Assembly (NCBI GenBank): GCA_965214405.1
Contig: OZ243956.1
Span: forward strand, 3,104,001-3,168,000
Length of the DNA stretch: 64,000 nt
Direction: 5' to 3'
From: Trueperaceae bacterium
Lineage (GTDB): Bacteria > Deinococcota > Deinococci > Deinococcales > Trueperaceae
Each line of letters begins with the position of its first letter. The first letter of the stretch is position 1. Under the pieces are notes generated by a model. That model did not search any database and was not told the origin of the DNA. It saw only the letters and a list, made by a program, of their open reading frames with translations. Positions 8,405 to 18,211 of the stretch are shown one piece after another. Both the position numbers and the translations under genes were made by a program.

Positions 8405-11164
8405 TTAGATCGGAGTGCCCCTCACCCGTATTTTTGCGTCGAGGATGGTGCAGCCCTCGCCGGGTAGGTGGGCTTTGACGGGGTTGAGCTCGAGCCCCAC
8501 AATCTCCGGCACCTCCTCGATAAGACGCGACACGCGCAAAAGAAGCTCTTCCAACGCGCCAACGTCCGCCGGAGGCGCGCCGCGGTAGCCTGTCAGCAGC
8601 GGATAACCGCGGACGCCCCGAACCATCTCGCGCGCGTCTCTGTCGGTGAGGGGTGTGACGCGGAGGACGACGTCGCGCAGAAGCTCCATCAACACGCCGC
8701 CGAGCCCAAAGGAGATGAGGGGGCCGAAGAGCGGGTCGTCGGTCACGCTTGTGAGGAGCTCGAGCCCGCCCGCGACCATCGGCTGGACCAAAAAACCGTC
8801 TAATTCACCCGCTCGCCCAGCCTCTTTTAGCCGCTCCTCGATGCCCGCGCAGGCCGCCCGCACCGCCGCGGCGTCCTCCAGCCCCAGCACCACGCCGCCC
8901 CACACGGACTTTTGGACAAGGGTGCGCGACTCGAGTTTGACGGCGACGGGATACCCCAGCCTTTCGGCAGCCTGCACAGCACTTTTGGCGTCCGCCGCCG
9001 TCTCGCCTCTTACGAGAGGCAGACCGAACGCGCGAAGAACGTCTGCGGTCTCATCTGCTGACAACCAAGTCTCACCGGATTTCACCCCTCCGCCTGCCCG
9101 ACGCACCACCATGCGCGCCGCGTCAACGTCTATATCCGGAAGGCCCGGAACCACGCCCGGCGGCGTCCGACGCCAGCGCGCGTAGGTGTGGGCCGCGCCG
9201 AGCGCCCGCGCGGCGGCCTCCGGGAAGCGGTAGGAGGGGATGCGTTCGTTTTCGCTCGAGAGGGTGCTCAGCCCGCGGTCGCCCATAAAACATGTAAGGA
9301 CCGGCTTTTGATGTCCCGCCGCCCTCGCCGCTGCAACAGCCTCTCGCAACGCCCCGCTTACGCCCTCGGGGTCGGCGAGGCCCAGGGGCGCGAAAAGGAT
9401 GAGGAGCGCGTCAAAGGCGGGGTCGGCGAGAAGTGCGCCTACCGCCTCCCGGTACGCCTCGGCTCCGGCGGTAGTGAGCAGGTTGAGGGGATTCCCCGTA
9501 CTTGCTCCGGTGGGCAAGACTTCCTCGAGCTTTTCCCTCGTGGCGGCGGAGGGCGGGGGTAGCTCGAGCCCCTCCGCCCGGAGCGCGTCCACCGCCAAGA
9601 CCGCAGGCCCGCGCGCGTTCGTCACCACCCCCACCCGCGGCCCCTCGGGGAGCGCCTGAGACGAGAGGAGGGCGGCGGCACCGAACATTTCTTCCAAGCC
9701 GCCCACGCGGACGACGCCGGTCTGACGAAAAAGCGCCTCGACCACCCTGTCCTCGAGCACCCCATCCTCCAACATCCCGTCCTCTGATGCGCCCCCTCCA
9801 CGACCCCCGACGCCGTCTCCCCTTAGGTTTCCCGCGCCCCGCCCCGCCTTGACTGCGATGATGGGTTTTTTGCGCCCCACTCGACGGGCCAAACGCGCGA
9901 AGCGGCGGGGATTACCGAAAGATTCCAGATAGAGAAGAATCACCTCGGTTGCCGGGTCGTCCTCCCAATACTGGAGGAGGTCGTTGCTCGAGACGTCGGC
10001 CTTGTTGCCCAACGAAACAAACTGCGACAGGCCCAGCTCGAGCTCTTGGGCGAGCGACAAGACCGCCAAGCCCAACGCGCCGCTCTGCGAGGAGAGCGCC
10101 ACAGGGCCGGGCGGCGGGAGCGGCAGGGACGGACTCGCGTTGAGGCGAACCGCCGGGTCAGTGTTAAAAAGCCCCAAGCAGTTGGGGCCGATTAAGCGCA
10201 TCCCGTAGCCGCGCACCCTTGCCTGCAAAGTTTCCTGAAGCGCGCGCCCTGCCTCGCCCGCGTCGGCGAAACCCGCGCTCACCACCAGGAGCGCCCGCAC
10301 CCCGGCCCGCCCGCAGTCGTCCACCACCCCCAACACCGCGTCGCGCGGCGTGACGATGACGGCCAAATCCACGGGGTCCGGCACGGCCTCCACGGACACA
10401 TACGCGCGCGTCCCGCCGACCGTGTCGGCGTGATGGTTCACCGGATAGACGGGGACGCTCGAGCCTCTGAGCGAGTCGAAGATGCGGTACCCGAGGCTTT
10501 CAGTGTCGCGCGAGGCCCCCACGACCGCCACGCCGCGCGGGTGAAAAAAGGGCCGCAGCGAGGCGACGGTGGCGACGCGTTCGCGCGCGCTGGCGCGCAT
10601 GACGCTCTCACGGTTCGGCAGAATCGAAAAGCTCACCTCGACGGTGCCGCCGTCGCGCTCCTCACGGACCGGGAAGCCGCTCGAGCGAAAAAGCGCGCGC
10701 ATCGCCCGGTTGCCCGCCTCGGTGGGGGCGTAAAAGGAGCGCACCCCGTGCCGCGCGGCCACCAGCGCGAGTCTTTCTAAAAGCAAGCTACCCACGCCCC
10801 GGCCTTGGTAGGCGTCGTCCACCAAAAAAGCCACTTCGACGGCGTCGCTTTCGGGCGCGTCACGGATGTACTCGCCGTGCGCGATGACCCGCGGCTCCTC
10901 CCCGGTGAGGACGAGGAGCGCCAGGCGTTCGGGCGGGTGGGACTCGAGCAGGTGCGCGCTGGCTACCTCAAGCGGCACGTCGCCAAAAAAGCGGCGGACG
11001 CGTGCCTCTTTTGAGACGTGTGCGACAAAAGCGCGTAAGAGGGCTGCGTCCGTGGGCTCCACAGGCCGCAGGGTGGCCGTCGTGCCGTCGCGCAAAATAA
11101 CGCCCCCCGCCTCGGCGGAACCCTGAGGCAGGGGGAGCTGGTAGTGCTGATCGGTGTCCGCCAT
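8405..11164 (-). CDS. GNAT fused to NDP-forming acyl-CoA synthetase-like domains (Pat-type protein lysine acetyltransferase, GNAT N-terminal)
   Basis: N-terminal GNAT (EVAFLVDDAYQGRGVG), CoA-binding domain (AVVGAS, GPNCLG, SQSG, GNKADV), C-terminal ATP-grasp (ELNPV). Confidence 0.88.
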   Translation of the reverse strand: MADTDQHYQLPLPQGSAEAGGVILRDGTTATLRPVEPTDAALLRAFVAHVSKEARVRRFFGDVPLEVASAHLLESHPPERLALLVLTGEEPRVIAHGEYIRDAPESDAVEVAFLVDDAYQGRGVGSLLLERLALVAARHGVRSFYAPTEAGNRAMRALFRSSGFPVREERDGGTVEVSFSILPNRESVMRASARERVATVASLRPFFHPRGVAVVGASRDTESLGYRIFDSLRGSSVPVYPVNHHADTVGGTRAYVSVEAVPDPVDLAVIVTPRDAVLGVVDDCGRAGVRALLVVSAGFADAGEAGRALQETLQARVRGYGMRLIGPNCLGLFNTDPAVRLNASPSLPLPPPGPVALSSQSGALGLAVLSLAQELELGLSQFVSLGNKADVSSNDLLQYWEDDPATEVILLYLESFGNPRRFARLARRVGRKKPIIAVKAGRGAGNLRGDGVGGRGGGASEDGMLEDGVLEDRVVEALFRQTGVVRVGGLEEMFGAAALLSSQALPEGPRVGVVTNARGPAVLAVDALRAEGLELPPPSAATREKLEEVLPTGASTGNPLNLLTTAGAEAYREAVGALLADPAFDALLILFAPLGLADPEGVSGALREAVAAARAAGHQKPVLTCFMGDRGLSTLSSENERIPSYRFPEAAARALGAAHTYARWRRTPPGVVPGLPDIDVDAARMVVRRAGGGVKSGETWLSADETADVLRAFGLPLVRGETAADAKSAVQAAERLGYPVAVKLESRTLVQKSVWGGVVLGLEDAAAVRAACAGIEERLKEAGRAGELDGFLVQPMVAGGLELLTSVTDDPLFGPLISFGLGGVLMELLRDVVLRVTPLTDRDAREMVRGVRGYPLLTGYRGAPPADVGALEELLLRVSRLIEEVPEIVGLELNPVKAHLPGEGCTILDAKIRVRGTPI

Positions 11165-11173
11165 AGCCTTAAG

Positions 11174-11398
11174 CTACGGGCTGTAGTGCTCGACTGTATC
11201 CGCGTCGCGCAGTTCGACCGCGTCAGGGTCCTCGCCGTTCGCTCGAGCGGCGCGGCGGCGGCGCAGCAGGTCCCAATACTGGTCGAGTTCGACCTCGATG
11301 GCCGCTAACCGCGCTTCTTGGTTGCCGCTCTGGTCGTAAAGCTTGTGCTCCTCCTCAACCAGCCGGTTGATATGCCCCAAGACTTCCTCGTTGGTCAT
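11174..11398 (-). CDS. DUF2630-family protein
   Basis: 'I..LVEEEH.L...IEVELDQYWDLLRRRRA....GEDPD....RD..TVE.Y' pattern. Confidence 0.8.
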   Translation of the reverse strand: MTNEEVLGHINRLVEEEHKLYDQSGNQEARLAAIEVELDQYWDLLRRRRAARANGEDPDAVELRDADTVEHYSP

Positions 11399-11407
11399 TT
11401 CATCCCC

Positions 11408-12562
11408 TTACTGACTCGCGCGTCGCGTCGCCTCGGCGTAAAAGTAGCTGTAGGTTTCGTTATTAGGCTCGAGCTCGCTCGCTTGCCCGTAGGCTTGCGC
11501 GGCCAGCACAAAGTTGTTCGTCTCGAACTGCGTCCGGCCCAGCCAGGCCCAAGCCTCGGCGTAGTCGGGATTGCTCTGGGTGGCGGTCAAAAACTGCGTT
11601 TTGGCACCCTCCGCATCCCCGTTTTCATATAACCTGACGCCGTCGTAAAAAGCGGTCGCCGCCGTCATACCCCACCGCGCCTCGTCCTGAGAAAGCTTGA
11701 GAAAGTAGCTCGCCCCCTCGTCGCTCGGGTCGAGCGTCAGCGCGCGCTGCCAGTAGCCCGTGGCAAGCTCGGGCTGGTTGAGCTCGAGCGCCGTCCGCCC
11801 CGCCCACACGAAGGCTTGCTTGTAGTTCGCGTTGTCCTGGGCCGCATCCTGAAAATGCTGAAGCGCCTCCGCCTTGTTCCCGGCCTCGTACGCGGCGATG
11901 CCCGCGTAAAAGTTTTCGGTCCCCTGGGCGCCGTAACGCACGTCGTCCTGGGCGAGCTCGAGAAAATACCGGTTGCCCTCGTCCTCCGGCGCGAGCCGCA
12001 CCGCTTCCTGCCAATAGGGTAAGGACGCCTCGGCCTGACCCTGCTCGAGCAAGATGCGCCCGGCCCAGGTGTAGGCCTGGGGGTCGTTCGGGTTGAAGTC
12101 GATGACTTCTTGATAGAGTTCTAGAGCGCCCGCGCGGTCCCCGTTGTCATAGCGGAGATACGCGAGCTGGTTTCCCGCCGCCGACCCCGCCTTCAACGCC
12201 GCGGAGTCGAGCGTGCCGACGCTCGTAGCGAGGTCGCGCCAGGTTTGCCAGGCGGGAGCGTACCAGTTTGTGGCGCTGTAGGTCTCGGCCAAAAAGCGCA
12301 ACACGCTCGGGTCGCCGGGGGCCGCTTGCAGCGCCTCACGCCCCAGCCGAATCGCCTCGGCCCAGTTGGGCGCGTCCGGATAAGGCCGCTCGCCCGACGC
12401 GCGCGCGCGGTCGGCTGCCGCGCGCGCGTCCTGGAGCGCCGCGTCCGCGGTGGGACGCGCCTGGATGGGTAACGAATCTGTGTTCGACCCGCCCGTCTGG
12501 GCAAGTGCGCCCGGAGCTGTCAGAAAGGCGGTAAGAACGAATAACAAGATTTTACGGGTCAT
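11408..12562 (-). CDS. Secreted tetratricopeptide-repeat protein
   Basis: Signal peptide MTRKILLFVLTAFLTAPGALA; repeated 'W.GR..LE..Q...A..YW..A..L.P.D.G..YFL.L.QD..R.G' units. Confidence 0.85.
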   Translation of the reverse strand: MTRKILLFVLTAFLTAPGALAQTGGSNTDSLPIQARPTADAALQDARAAADRARASGERPYPDAPNWAEAIRLGREALQAAPGDPSVLRFLAETYSATNWYAPAWQTWRDLATSVGTLDSAALKAGSAAGNQLAYLRYDNGDRAGALELYQEVIDFNPNDPQAYTWAGRILLEQGQAEASLPYWQEAVRLAPEDEGNRYFLELAQDDVRYGAQGTENFYAGIAAYEAGNKAEALQHFQDAAQDNANYKQAFVWAGRTALELNQPELATGYWQRALTLDPSDEGASYFLKLSQDEARWGMTAATAFYDGVRLYENGDAEGAKTQFLTATQSNPDYAEAWAWLGRTQFETNNFVLAAQAYGQASELEPNNETYSYFYAEATRRASQ

Positions 12563-12659
12563 ACCTAACTCCTCGTTGTTGTCAAGAACTCCCTTGGTGC
12601 TTGCTTTCCAAAACTGCCCCACCATCCTACACAAGTGGTCTGAGAGCGCAAGATAAAAT

Positions 12660-12968
12660 TTACTCGAGCCGCGCCCTACAAGAGGTGCAGTACGCCTGCT
12701 CGGGGACGCGCTTGCCGCAGGCGCCACAAAGAACCGTCGCGCGCACGAGCGCCTTGACGCCCATCTCGCCCAGTTCGGAGGCAATCAAGACCGCGTCCTC
12801 TTCGGACACGTCCGACACGGTCAGTTCGACATCGCCCGCGAGCGCCGACACGATAAACGCGCCGCTCCGGTAGGGCTGCGCGCCCTCGCCCCCGTTGGCG
12901 ACCCTAACCGCCTCACGCACTTCCTTGAAATAGCGCCACAGCGCCTCTTCGTTCACCGGCTCGTTCAC
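12660..12968 (-). CDS. Hypothetical protein with C-terminal zinc ribbon
   Basis: CGAC-x10-CTSC at the C-terminus; leaderless TAGAGT before the GTG. Confidence 0.65.
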   Translation of the reverse strand: MNEPVNEEALWRYFKEVREAVRVANGGEGAQPYRSGAFIVSALAGDVELTVSDVSEEDAVLIASELGEMGVKALVRATVLCGACGKRVPEQAYCTSCRARLE

Positions 12969-13077
12969 CCCTGTACTCTAGCTCGAGCCCCGCTCTCCCA
13001 AAGAGACCCCTTGCAACATTAGCCATAACATCCAGAACCACAACATTCAGAGTTATGTGACACCGTTAGACTAAGGC

Positions 13078-14112
13078 ATGAGCACCCATACGAATCTCCA
13101 TACAAACGCAGGTCCAAAGACGAACGCAGACGCGGCTGAGGCTATGGGGGTCAAAGACCGCATGTTCGACCACCACATCGGCAACACCCCGCTGGTCAAA
13201 CTCGCGCGGGTGGTGACGCCGGACATGGCGGAGGTGTGGATCAAGCTCGAGGGCCAAAACCCCGCAGGCTCTATCAAAGACCGCACCGCGCTGGGGATGA
13301 TTACCGACGCCGAGGCGCGGGGCGTCCTCACCCCCGGCAGCGGCCAGACCATCGTCGAGCCGACGAGCGGCAACACGGGCATCGGGCTCGCCTTTCTCTC
13401 GGCGGTGCGCGGCTACCGCTGCGTCATCGTGCTGCCTGACTCGATGAGCGAGGAGCGCAAGCGCACGTTAAGGGCGTATGGGGCGGAGCTCGAGTTCACC
13501 CCCGGCGAAGAGAGGATGCAGGGGGCCATCCCTCGAGCCCAAGAACTCGCCGAGGCGAACGGCTGGTGGATGCCCAACCAGTTCGAGAACCCCGCTAACC
13601 CGCGCTATCACCACCAGGTCACCGGGCCGGAGCTGTGGCGGGGGATGCAGGGCCGCGTGGACGCCTTTGTGTGGGCCTCGGGCACGGGCGGCTCGATAAG
13701 CGGGATTGGGCGCTATTTCAAAGAGCAAGACCCCAGCATCAAGGTCTACGCCGTCGAGCCCGCGCGCTCCGCGGTTATCAACGGTCATGAGCGCGGCTCG
13801 CACAAGTTTCAGGGGATGGGGCCGGGCTTTATCCCCGGTAACTTAGATGTGGCCTTGTTGGATGGGGCCATCATGGTTTACGAAGAAGACGCTTTTCCTT
13901 TGGCGCGGCGCTTGGCGCGCGAAGAAGGTCTTTTTATCGGCATGTCCTCGGCGGCGACGGTGTGGGCGGCGTTGCAAGTGGCGCGCGACTTAGGGCCGGG
14001 CAAGGTGGTCGTCTGCTTGGCCGCCGACACCGCCGCGCGCTACGTTAGTACCGAACTCTTCGCCGAACCCGAAGAGGCGCACGACATCAGCCGACCCGCG
14101 GGGCTCCCTTAG
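13078..14112 (+). CDS. cysK: Cysteine synthase (O-acetylserine sulfhydrylase)
   Basis: IGNTPLVKL, KLEGQNPAGSIKDR (PLP lysine), EPTSGNTGIGLA, GTGG and HKFQGMGPGFIP motifs. Confidence 0.9.
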   Translation: MSTHTNLHTNAGPKTNADAAEAMGVKDRMFDHHIGNTPLVKLARVVTPDMAEVWIKLEGQNPAGSIKDRTALGMITDAEARGVLTPGSGQTIVEPTSGNTGIGLAFLSAVRGYRCVIVLPDSMSEERKRTLRAYGAELEFTPGEERMQGAIPRAQELAEANGWWMPNQFENPANPRYHHQVTGPELWRGMQGRVDAFVWASGTGGSISGIGRYFKEQDPSIKVYAVEPARSAVINGHERGSHKFQGMGPGFIPGNLDVALLDGAIMVYEEDAFPLARRLAREEGLFIGMSSAATVWAALQVARDLGPGKVVVCLAADTAARYVSTELFAEPEEAHDISRPAGLP

Positions 14113-14275
14113 GAAGAGGCTCGAGCGTGGGGGCCTCGAGCCTCCCCGCCAGCCCTCTCAATCCCTTCGCCATGCGGCCTCGCCAACTCCCTTTCGGCAG
14201 GTTCCGGTAGAGCTCGGCCTCTCTATGGTAACGGCTCAGCTTGTTTCGTCCTTCGTTGGTGTACATCATCTCCAA
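14087..14275 (-). CDS. Small hypothetical protein divergent from the wHTH regulator
   Basis: SD AGGAGG upstream of MMYT; amphipathic 'WRGRMAKGLRGLAGRLE' helix; start uncertain. Confidence 0.5.
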   Translation of the reverse strand: MEMMYTNEGRNKLSRYHREAELYRNLPKGSWRGRMAKGLRGLAGRLEAPTLEPLPKGAPRVG

Positions 14276-14353
14276 CCTCCTGACCTCATGATGCGGCCAG
14301 ACTGCTTCAAAGGGTAGAGGGATGTTTGAAGCTGAGGCGCATTACACTAAGGC

Positions 14354-15031
14354 ATGGAAAATCCAGATGCACACGTTCGCGTTGTGACCGACCCGGAGGC
14401 GGCGAACCTGCTTGCCGACCCCGCGCAGTTGGAACTGCTCGAGCCCTTCTTCCGCGCTGATGTGATGTTAGGTGAGCTTGCCAAAGAACTCGGTGTCAAA
14501 CTCAACACGCTTCTTTACCGCGTCAACAGGCTCATCGAGCTTGGTCTTGTGGAGGTAGTGCGCGAGGAGCCGCGTAGAGGCAAGCCCGTCAAAATCTACC
14601 GGGCAACGGCGGAGAGCTTCTTTGTTCCTTTTGAAAGTACAACGAGCGTAAGTTTGGGAGGGCTGCTCGCGGGCATGACCGAGGAGGGTGAGCGGCTCTT
14701 TCACCGTGAGGCGGCCAGGGCGCTTCAGACGCTCGCGCCTTTTTGGGGGCTCCACATCGTCCTCAATGAACAAAAGCAGCTCGCGGCTCTCCTAACCGAT
14801 AGCAAAGACGGGTACAAGGGAAATGCCGACATCTTTTTCGGCCCCTCTGCGCCCGCCCTATTTTTTGCCGCTGGCGTTCTCACCCTCGACTTCGCCACCG
14901 CCAAAAAGATGCAGCGGGAGCTTTTTGAACTCTTCAAACGCTACACCGACGCGCAGAAGCCTGGGGAGCAGCGTTACGCCTACCGGCTCGGGCTGACCCC
15001 TGTTGTAGACGCCTCGCCGGAAAAGGATTAG
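14354..15031 (+). CDS. ArsR-like winged helix-turn-helix regulator
   Basis: 'LADP..LELLEPF....MLGELAKELGVKLNTLLYRVNRLIELGLVEV...RRGKPVKIYRA'; leaderless TACACT-N5-ATG. Confidence 0.8.
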   Translation: MENPDAHVRVVTDPEAANLLADPAQLELLEPFFRADVMLGELAKELGVKLNTLLYRVNRLIELGLVEVVREEPRRGKPVKIYRATAESFFVPFESTTSVSLGGLLAGMTEEGERLFHREAARALQTLAPFWGLHIVLNEQKQLAALLTDSKDGYKGNADIFFGPSAPALFFAAGVLTLDFATAKKMQRELFELFKRYTDAQKPGEQRYAYRLGLTPVVDASPEKD

Positions 15032-15193
15032 GGGAGGTTTGCGGCGTATCCAGGTGACGACACTCACACATTTTAAGATTCTCAACAAAAGAACACACGT
15101 CTCTGGGCTAAACTTTATAGATTGAGGTAATCTCAGGTAACCTAGCGACAGGGTAGCAGGACGGGGTGAGCCTCGTCCCGAAGGGAGAACGGA

Positions 15194-16669
15194 GTGGCTG
15201 CACAAGGCGTACAAACACAGGACGTGGTAAGAGACACTTTACAGGAGGGATCTTTGAGCGCGCGCTACGAGCGCGTTTTGGCAACGCTGAGGGCGCACGA
15301 CCAGGCGCACTTGCTCACCTTTTATGACGAGCTTGGTGACGCCCAAAAAGGGGAGCTTTTGGGGGAGCTCGAGGCCCAGGACTGGGACGAGTTGGCGGGG
15401 CTCATCAAAACGCACGTTTTGCAGGAGCCCGACGCGGCGCTCTCCAAAGACGTCACCCCCGCGCCCTACTATCCGCAAACACCGACGCCTGAGCTTGAGG
15501 CCGAATACGAAGAGGCCAGGGCGTTGGGCGAAGAGCTCCTGCGCGCGGGGGAGGTGGCCGCCTTTACGGTGGCGGGCGGTCAGGGCACGCGGCTGGGTTG
15601 GGACGGACCCAAGGGCACGTTTCCGGCCACGCCCATCCGCGAAACGCCGCTCTTCGGCGTGTTCGCCGAATATATCCGCAAGGTAGGGGAGAAGTACGGC
15701 GCGACGCCGCCCTGGTACCTCATGACGAGCCCCATCAACGACGCGGCGACAAGGGCGTTTTTTGAGGAGAACGATTACTTTGGCCTCGACAAAAACGACG
15801 TGACTTTTTTCTCACAGGGCACGGTGCCGAGCGTGGGTCTGGACGGGAAGGTGCTGTTAGCCGACAAGGGTCACCTCGCCTCCTCGCCGGACGGTCACGG
15901 CGGCTCGCTCAAGGCGCTCTCGCGCAGCGGCGCGCTCGCCGACATGAGCGCGCGCGGCGTCACGCAGATTTCGTATTTTCAGGTGGACAACCCCAACGTC
16001 AAATGTCTGGACCCGCTCTTTATCGGCCTGCACGCGCTGGGCGGCGCGGAGATGTCCTCAAAAATGCTCCCCAAGGTAAGCCCGAACGAAAAGGTCGGTA
16101 ACTTCGCGCTGCTAGACGGTCGCGTCGGCGTGATTGAATATTCCGACATTCCCACCGAACTTGCCGAGGCCCGCGACGAGGCGGGCAAGCTGCGTTTTAA
16201 CGCGGGCTCGATTGCCATCCACGTGATGTCGGTCGCGTTCGTCCGCAAACTGGGTGAGGGAGGCGCGTTCGCGCTGCCCTTTCACCGCGCGGTCAAAAAG
16301 GTGCCCCACTTCTCGCCCGAAACGGGTGAAAAGGTCACGCCGAGCGCGCCCAACGCGGTCAAGCTCGAGATGTTCGTCTTCGACGCCCTGCCCTTGGCCG
16401 ACAAGAGCGTCATCTTGCAAACCGACCGCGTCGAGGAGTTTGCGCCCATCAAAAACGCGCAAGGCGACGACTCCCCCAAAACCAGTCGGCGGCTTCAGAG
16501 CGCGCGCGCGGCGCGCTGGCTGGGGCTCTGCGGCGTCGAACTGCCTCATGACGGGGAAGAGGTTGACGCGGTTATCGAGTTGCGCCCCCTTACCGCCATC
16601 GAGCCGGACGACCTCAAAAACGCGAAGCTGCCCGAACGGCTCGAGCCCAGCAGCAAGGTGCTGTTGTAA
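15194..16669 (+). CDS. UDPGP-family (UAP1-like) UTP:sugar-1-phosphate uridylyltransferase, probably UDP-GlcNAc pyrophosphorylase
   Basis: AGGQGTRLG..GPKG, PDGHGG, QVDNP, EKVG, IEYSD, KLEMFVFD and EEFAPIKNA motifs. Confidence 0.88.
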   Translation: MAAQGVQTQDVVRDTLQEGSLSARYERVLATLRAHDQAHLLTFYDELGDAQKGELLGELEAQDWDELAGLIKTHVLQEPDAALSKDVTPAPYYPQTPTPELEAEYEEARALGEELLRAGEVAAFTVAGGQGTRLGWDGPKGTFPATPIRETPLFGVFAEYIRKVGEKYGATPPWYLMTSPINDAATRAFFEENDYFGLDKNDVTFFSQGTVPSVGLDGKVLLADKGHLASSPDGHGGSLKALSRSGALADMSARGVTQISYFQVDNPNVKCLDPLFIGLHALGGAEMSSKMLPKVSPNEKVGNFALLDGRVGVIEYSDIPTELAEARDEAGKLRFNAGSIAIHVMSVAFVRKLGEGGAFALPFHRAVKKVPHFSPETGEKVTPSAPNAVKLEMFVFDALPLADKSVILQTDRVEEFAPIKNAQGDDSPKTSRRLQSARAARWLGLCGVELPHDGEEVDAVIELRPLTAIEPDDLKNAKLPERLEPSSKVLL

Positions 16670-16696
16670 ACCCATCCGCGAGGCAAAACTGCAAAG

Positions 16697-16734
16697 GGAG
16701 CGGGAGTCAGCCGTTGGGGGCTGACTCCCGCTCC
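16697..16734. terminator. Hairpin between convergent genes (probable bidirectional terminator)
   Basis: 16-bp perfect stem GGAGCGGGAGTCAGCC / GGCTGACTCCCGCTCC. Confidence 0.7.
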
Positions 16735-16763
16735 TCTTAAAAACTGAATCTTAAAGAACCGAA

Positions 16764-17807
16764 TCAGTTTTTGTCGGCGTTTTGGTCTTTGTCTGGGGCC
16801 TCGTCTCGGTCCTCCCGAGTCCGTCCCCCCGCGCGTCCTGGCGAAAAGGAGGGCGGGTCGCTGGTGGGAAACGTTTCCTCGAGCGCCTCGTCGATATCGC
16901 TCTCCTCGTCTATCTCAGTCCTATCCGCCTCTATTTGGTCCGCCTCGGTTTCGTTGACCTTATTTTGGTCGGCGTCACGTTCATTGTCACCCTCGGAATT
17001 TTGTCGCTGGGCTGCCATCTCGTCCTCCTCAAAGGTTCCGCTTTTGACTCTGGGCTGACCCTCCTCGAGCCCGGTGGCGCGCAATTCCGACTGCGAAATC
17101 GCGCCCGTTTCCATCATCGTTTTGAGCCGGTCTAGGTCGTCGGCGATTTGTTGCTGAGGTGCCTCGCCGAAAAGCCGCGCAAACGCCGCGCCCAGAGCGC
17201 CGCCCGGCGGGTTGTACCTTAGCGACACCCGCACGATTGTGCTCTGGCCGCCCGGCATCGCCCGAAAGCGCACCGCGCCCGCGTTGGGCACCATCGCGCC
17301 GGGGAGCGAGCGCCATGATAGAAGTTCGCCCGCCACGTCGCCGACGATTTCGGCGTCCCACTCCACCGTCGTACCCGCGGGGCCTTGGGTTGTCCAGTGC
17401 GAGCGCCCGCCGCCTATATCCTTCACGGACTCTAGGTGGCTCATGAAGCGAGGCAGGTTCTCGAGCTTTCGCCAAAACGCGTAGAGATCTTCGGGCGTTG
17501 CGTTGACGATCACGCTCTCCTCGACCCCCAATCCCTGCCGCTGCGACACGGCGTACGCGCGCTTAGCGGTGTTCAGCCCGAGGCTCCTGTAAAGCAAACA
17601 GTCGCCGGTGAGCCCGCGGTAAACGAGGTAGCCCCCGCCGAGTCCCAAGGCCGTGCCCCCCGCCGAGCGGCGACCGAGACCGACAAGCGCCAGCACGCCC
17701 CCGCTCACGACCGACATCCAGCGCTCCGCCTCTCCCACATTGTGCAGGTGGCCCCTGGCGGGTTGCGCGTCCCCGTTTTCTCCATATTGATTTCTGTCCT
17801 GTAGCAT
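16764..17807 (-). CDS. SRPBCC (cyclase/dehydrase-like) protein with N-terminal membrane segment and acidic tail
   Basis: NVGEAER..S, LYAFWRKLENLPRFMSHL, SHW...GPAG..VEWDAEI and YNPPGG motifs; tail DEALEETFPTSDPPS. Confidence 0.85.
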   Translation of the reverse strand: MLQDRNQYGENGDAQPARGHLHNVGEAERWMSVVSGGVLALVGLGRRSAGGTALGLGGGYLVYRGLTGDCLLYRSLGLNTAKRAYAVSQRQGLGVEESVIVNATPEDLYAFWRKLENLPRFMSHLESVKDIGGGRSHWTTQGPAGTTVEWDAEIVGDVAGELLSWRSLPGAMVPNAGAVRFRAMPGGQSTIVRVSLRYNPPGGALGAAFARLFGEAPQQQIADDLDRLKTMMETGAISQSELRATGLEEGQPRVKSGTFEEDEMAAQRQNSEGDNERDADQNKVNETEADQIEADRTEIDEESDIDEALEETFPTSDPPSFSPGRAGGRTREDRDEAPDKDQNADKN

Positions 17808-18211
17808 CGTCCTCTCCTTGTGCGTCGCGTCTACACGCTCTGCTTAGTCTACTCCCGCCGACCCTTCTCTGCCCCCGTTGCGTTCGGCGCAGCTCGATGC
17901 TTCGACATGTGCATACAGATTTGCAGGCAAATTTACAGACAGAGGGGTGAGTGATAAACATGAAGGCGGTTTTCTCCCCTAAAGCAGTTATGCTCCTTTT
18001 ACAGTGTCGCGCGAAAGGTAAGCTCGAGAACGTAGAGGGTGCCACAATCGGGCATCTAAGCTCCTGCTAGTCTCAACTTGAAGGATGTGGGGGAGGCTTC
18101 TGGCTTGGGCGTTAATGCGTTCTGTAGGGTTACGAATCCTTCCGGGCACTGAAGTTCATTCGCGCTCGCCCACATATCAAACCTATGAGATTCACAGATT
18201 GGAGACCCAGC

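Noticed and set aside
15095..15165. Possible glycine riboswitch or glmS ribozyme upstream of the pyrophosphorylase
   Set aside because: Only CTCTGG and CTCAGG fragments match; the conserved cores are absent.
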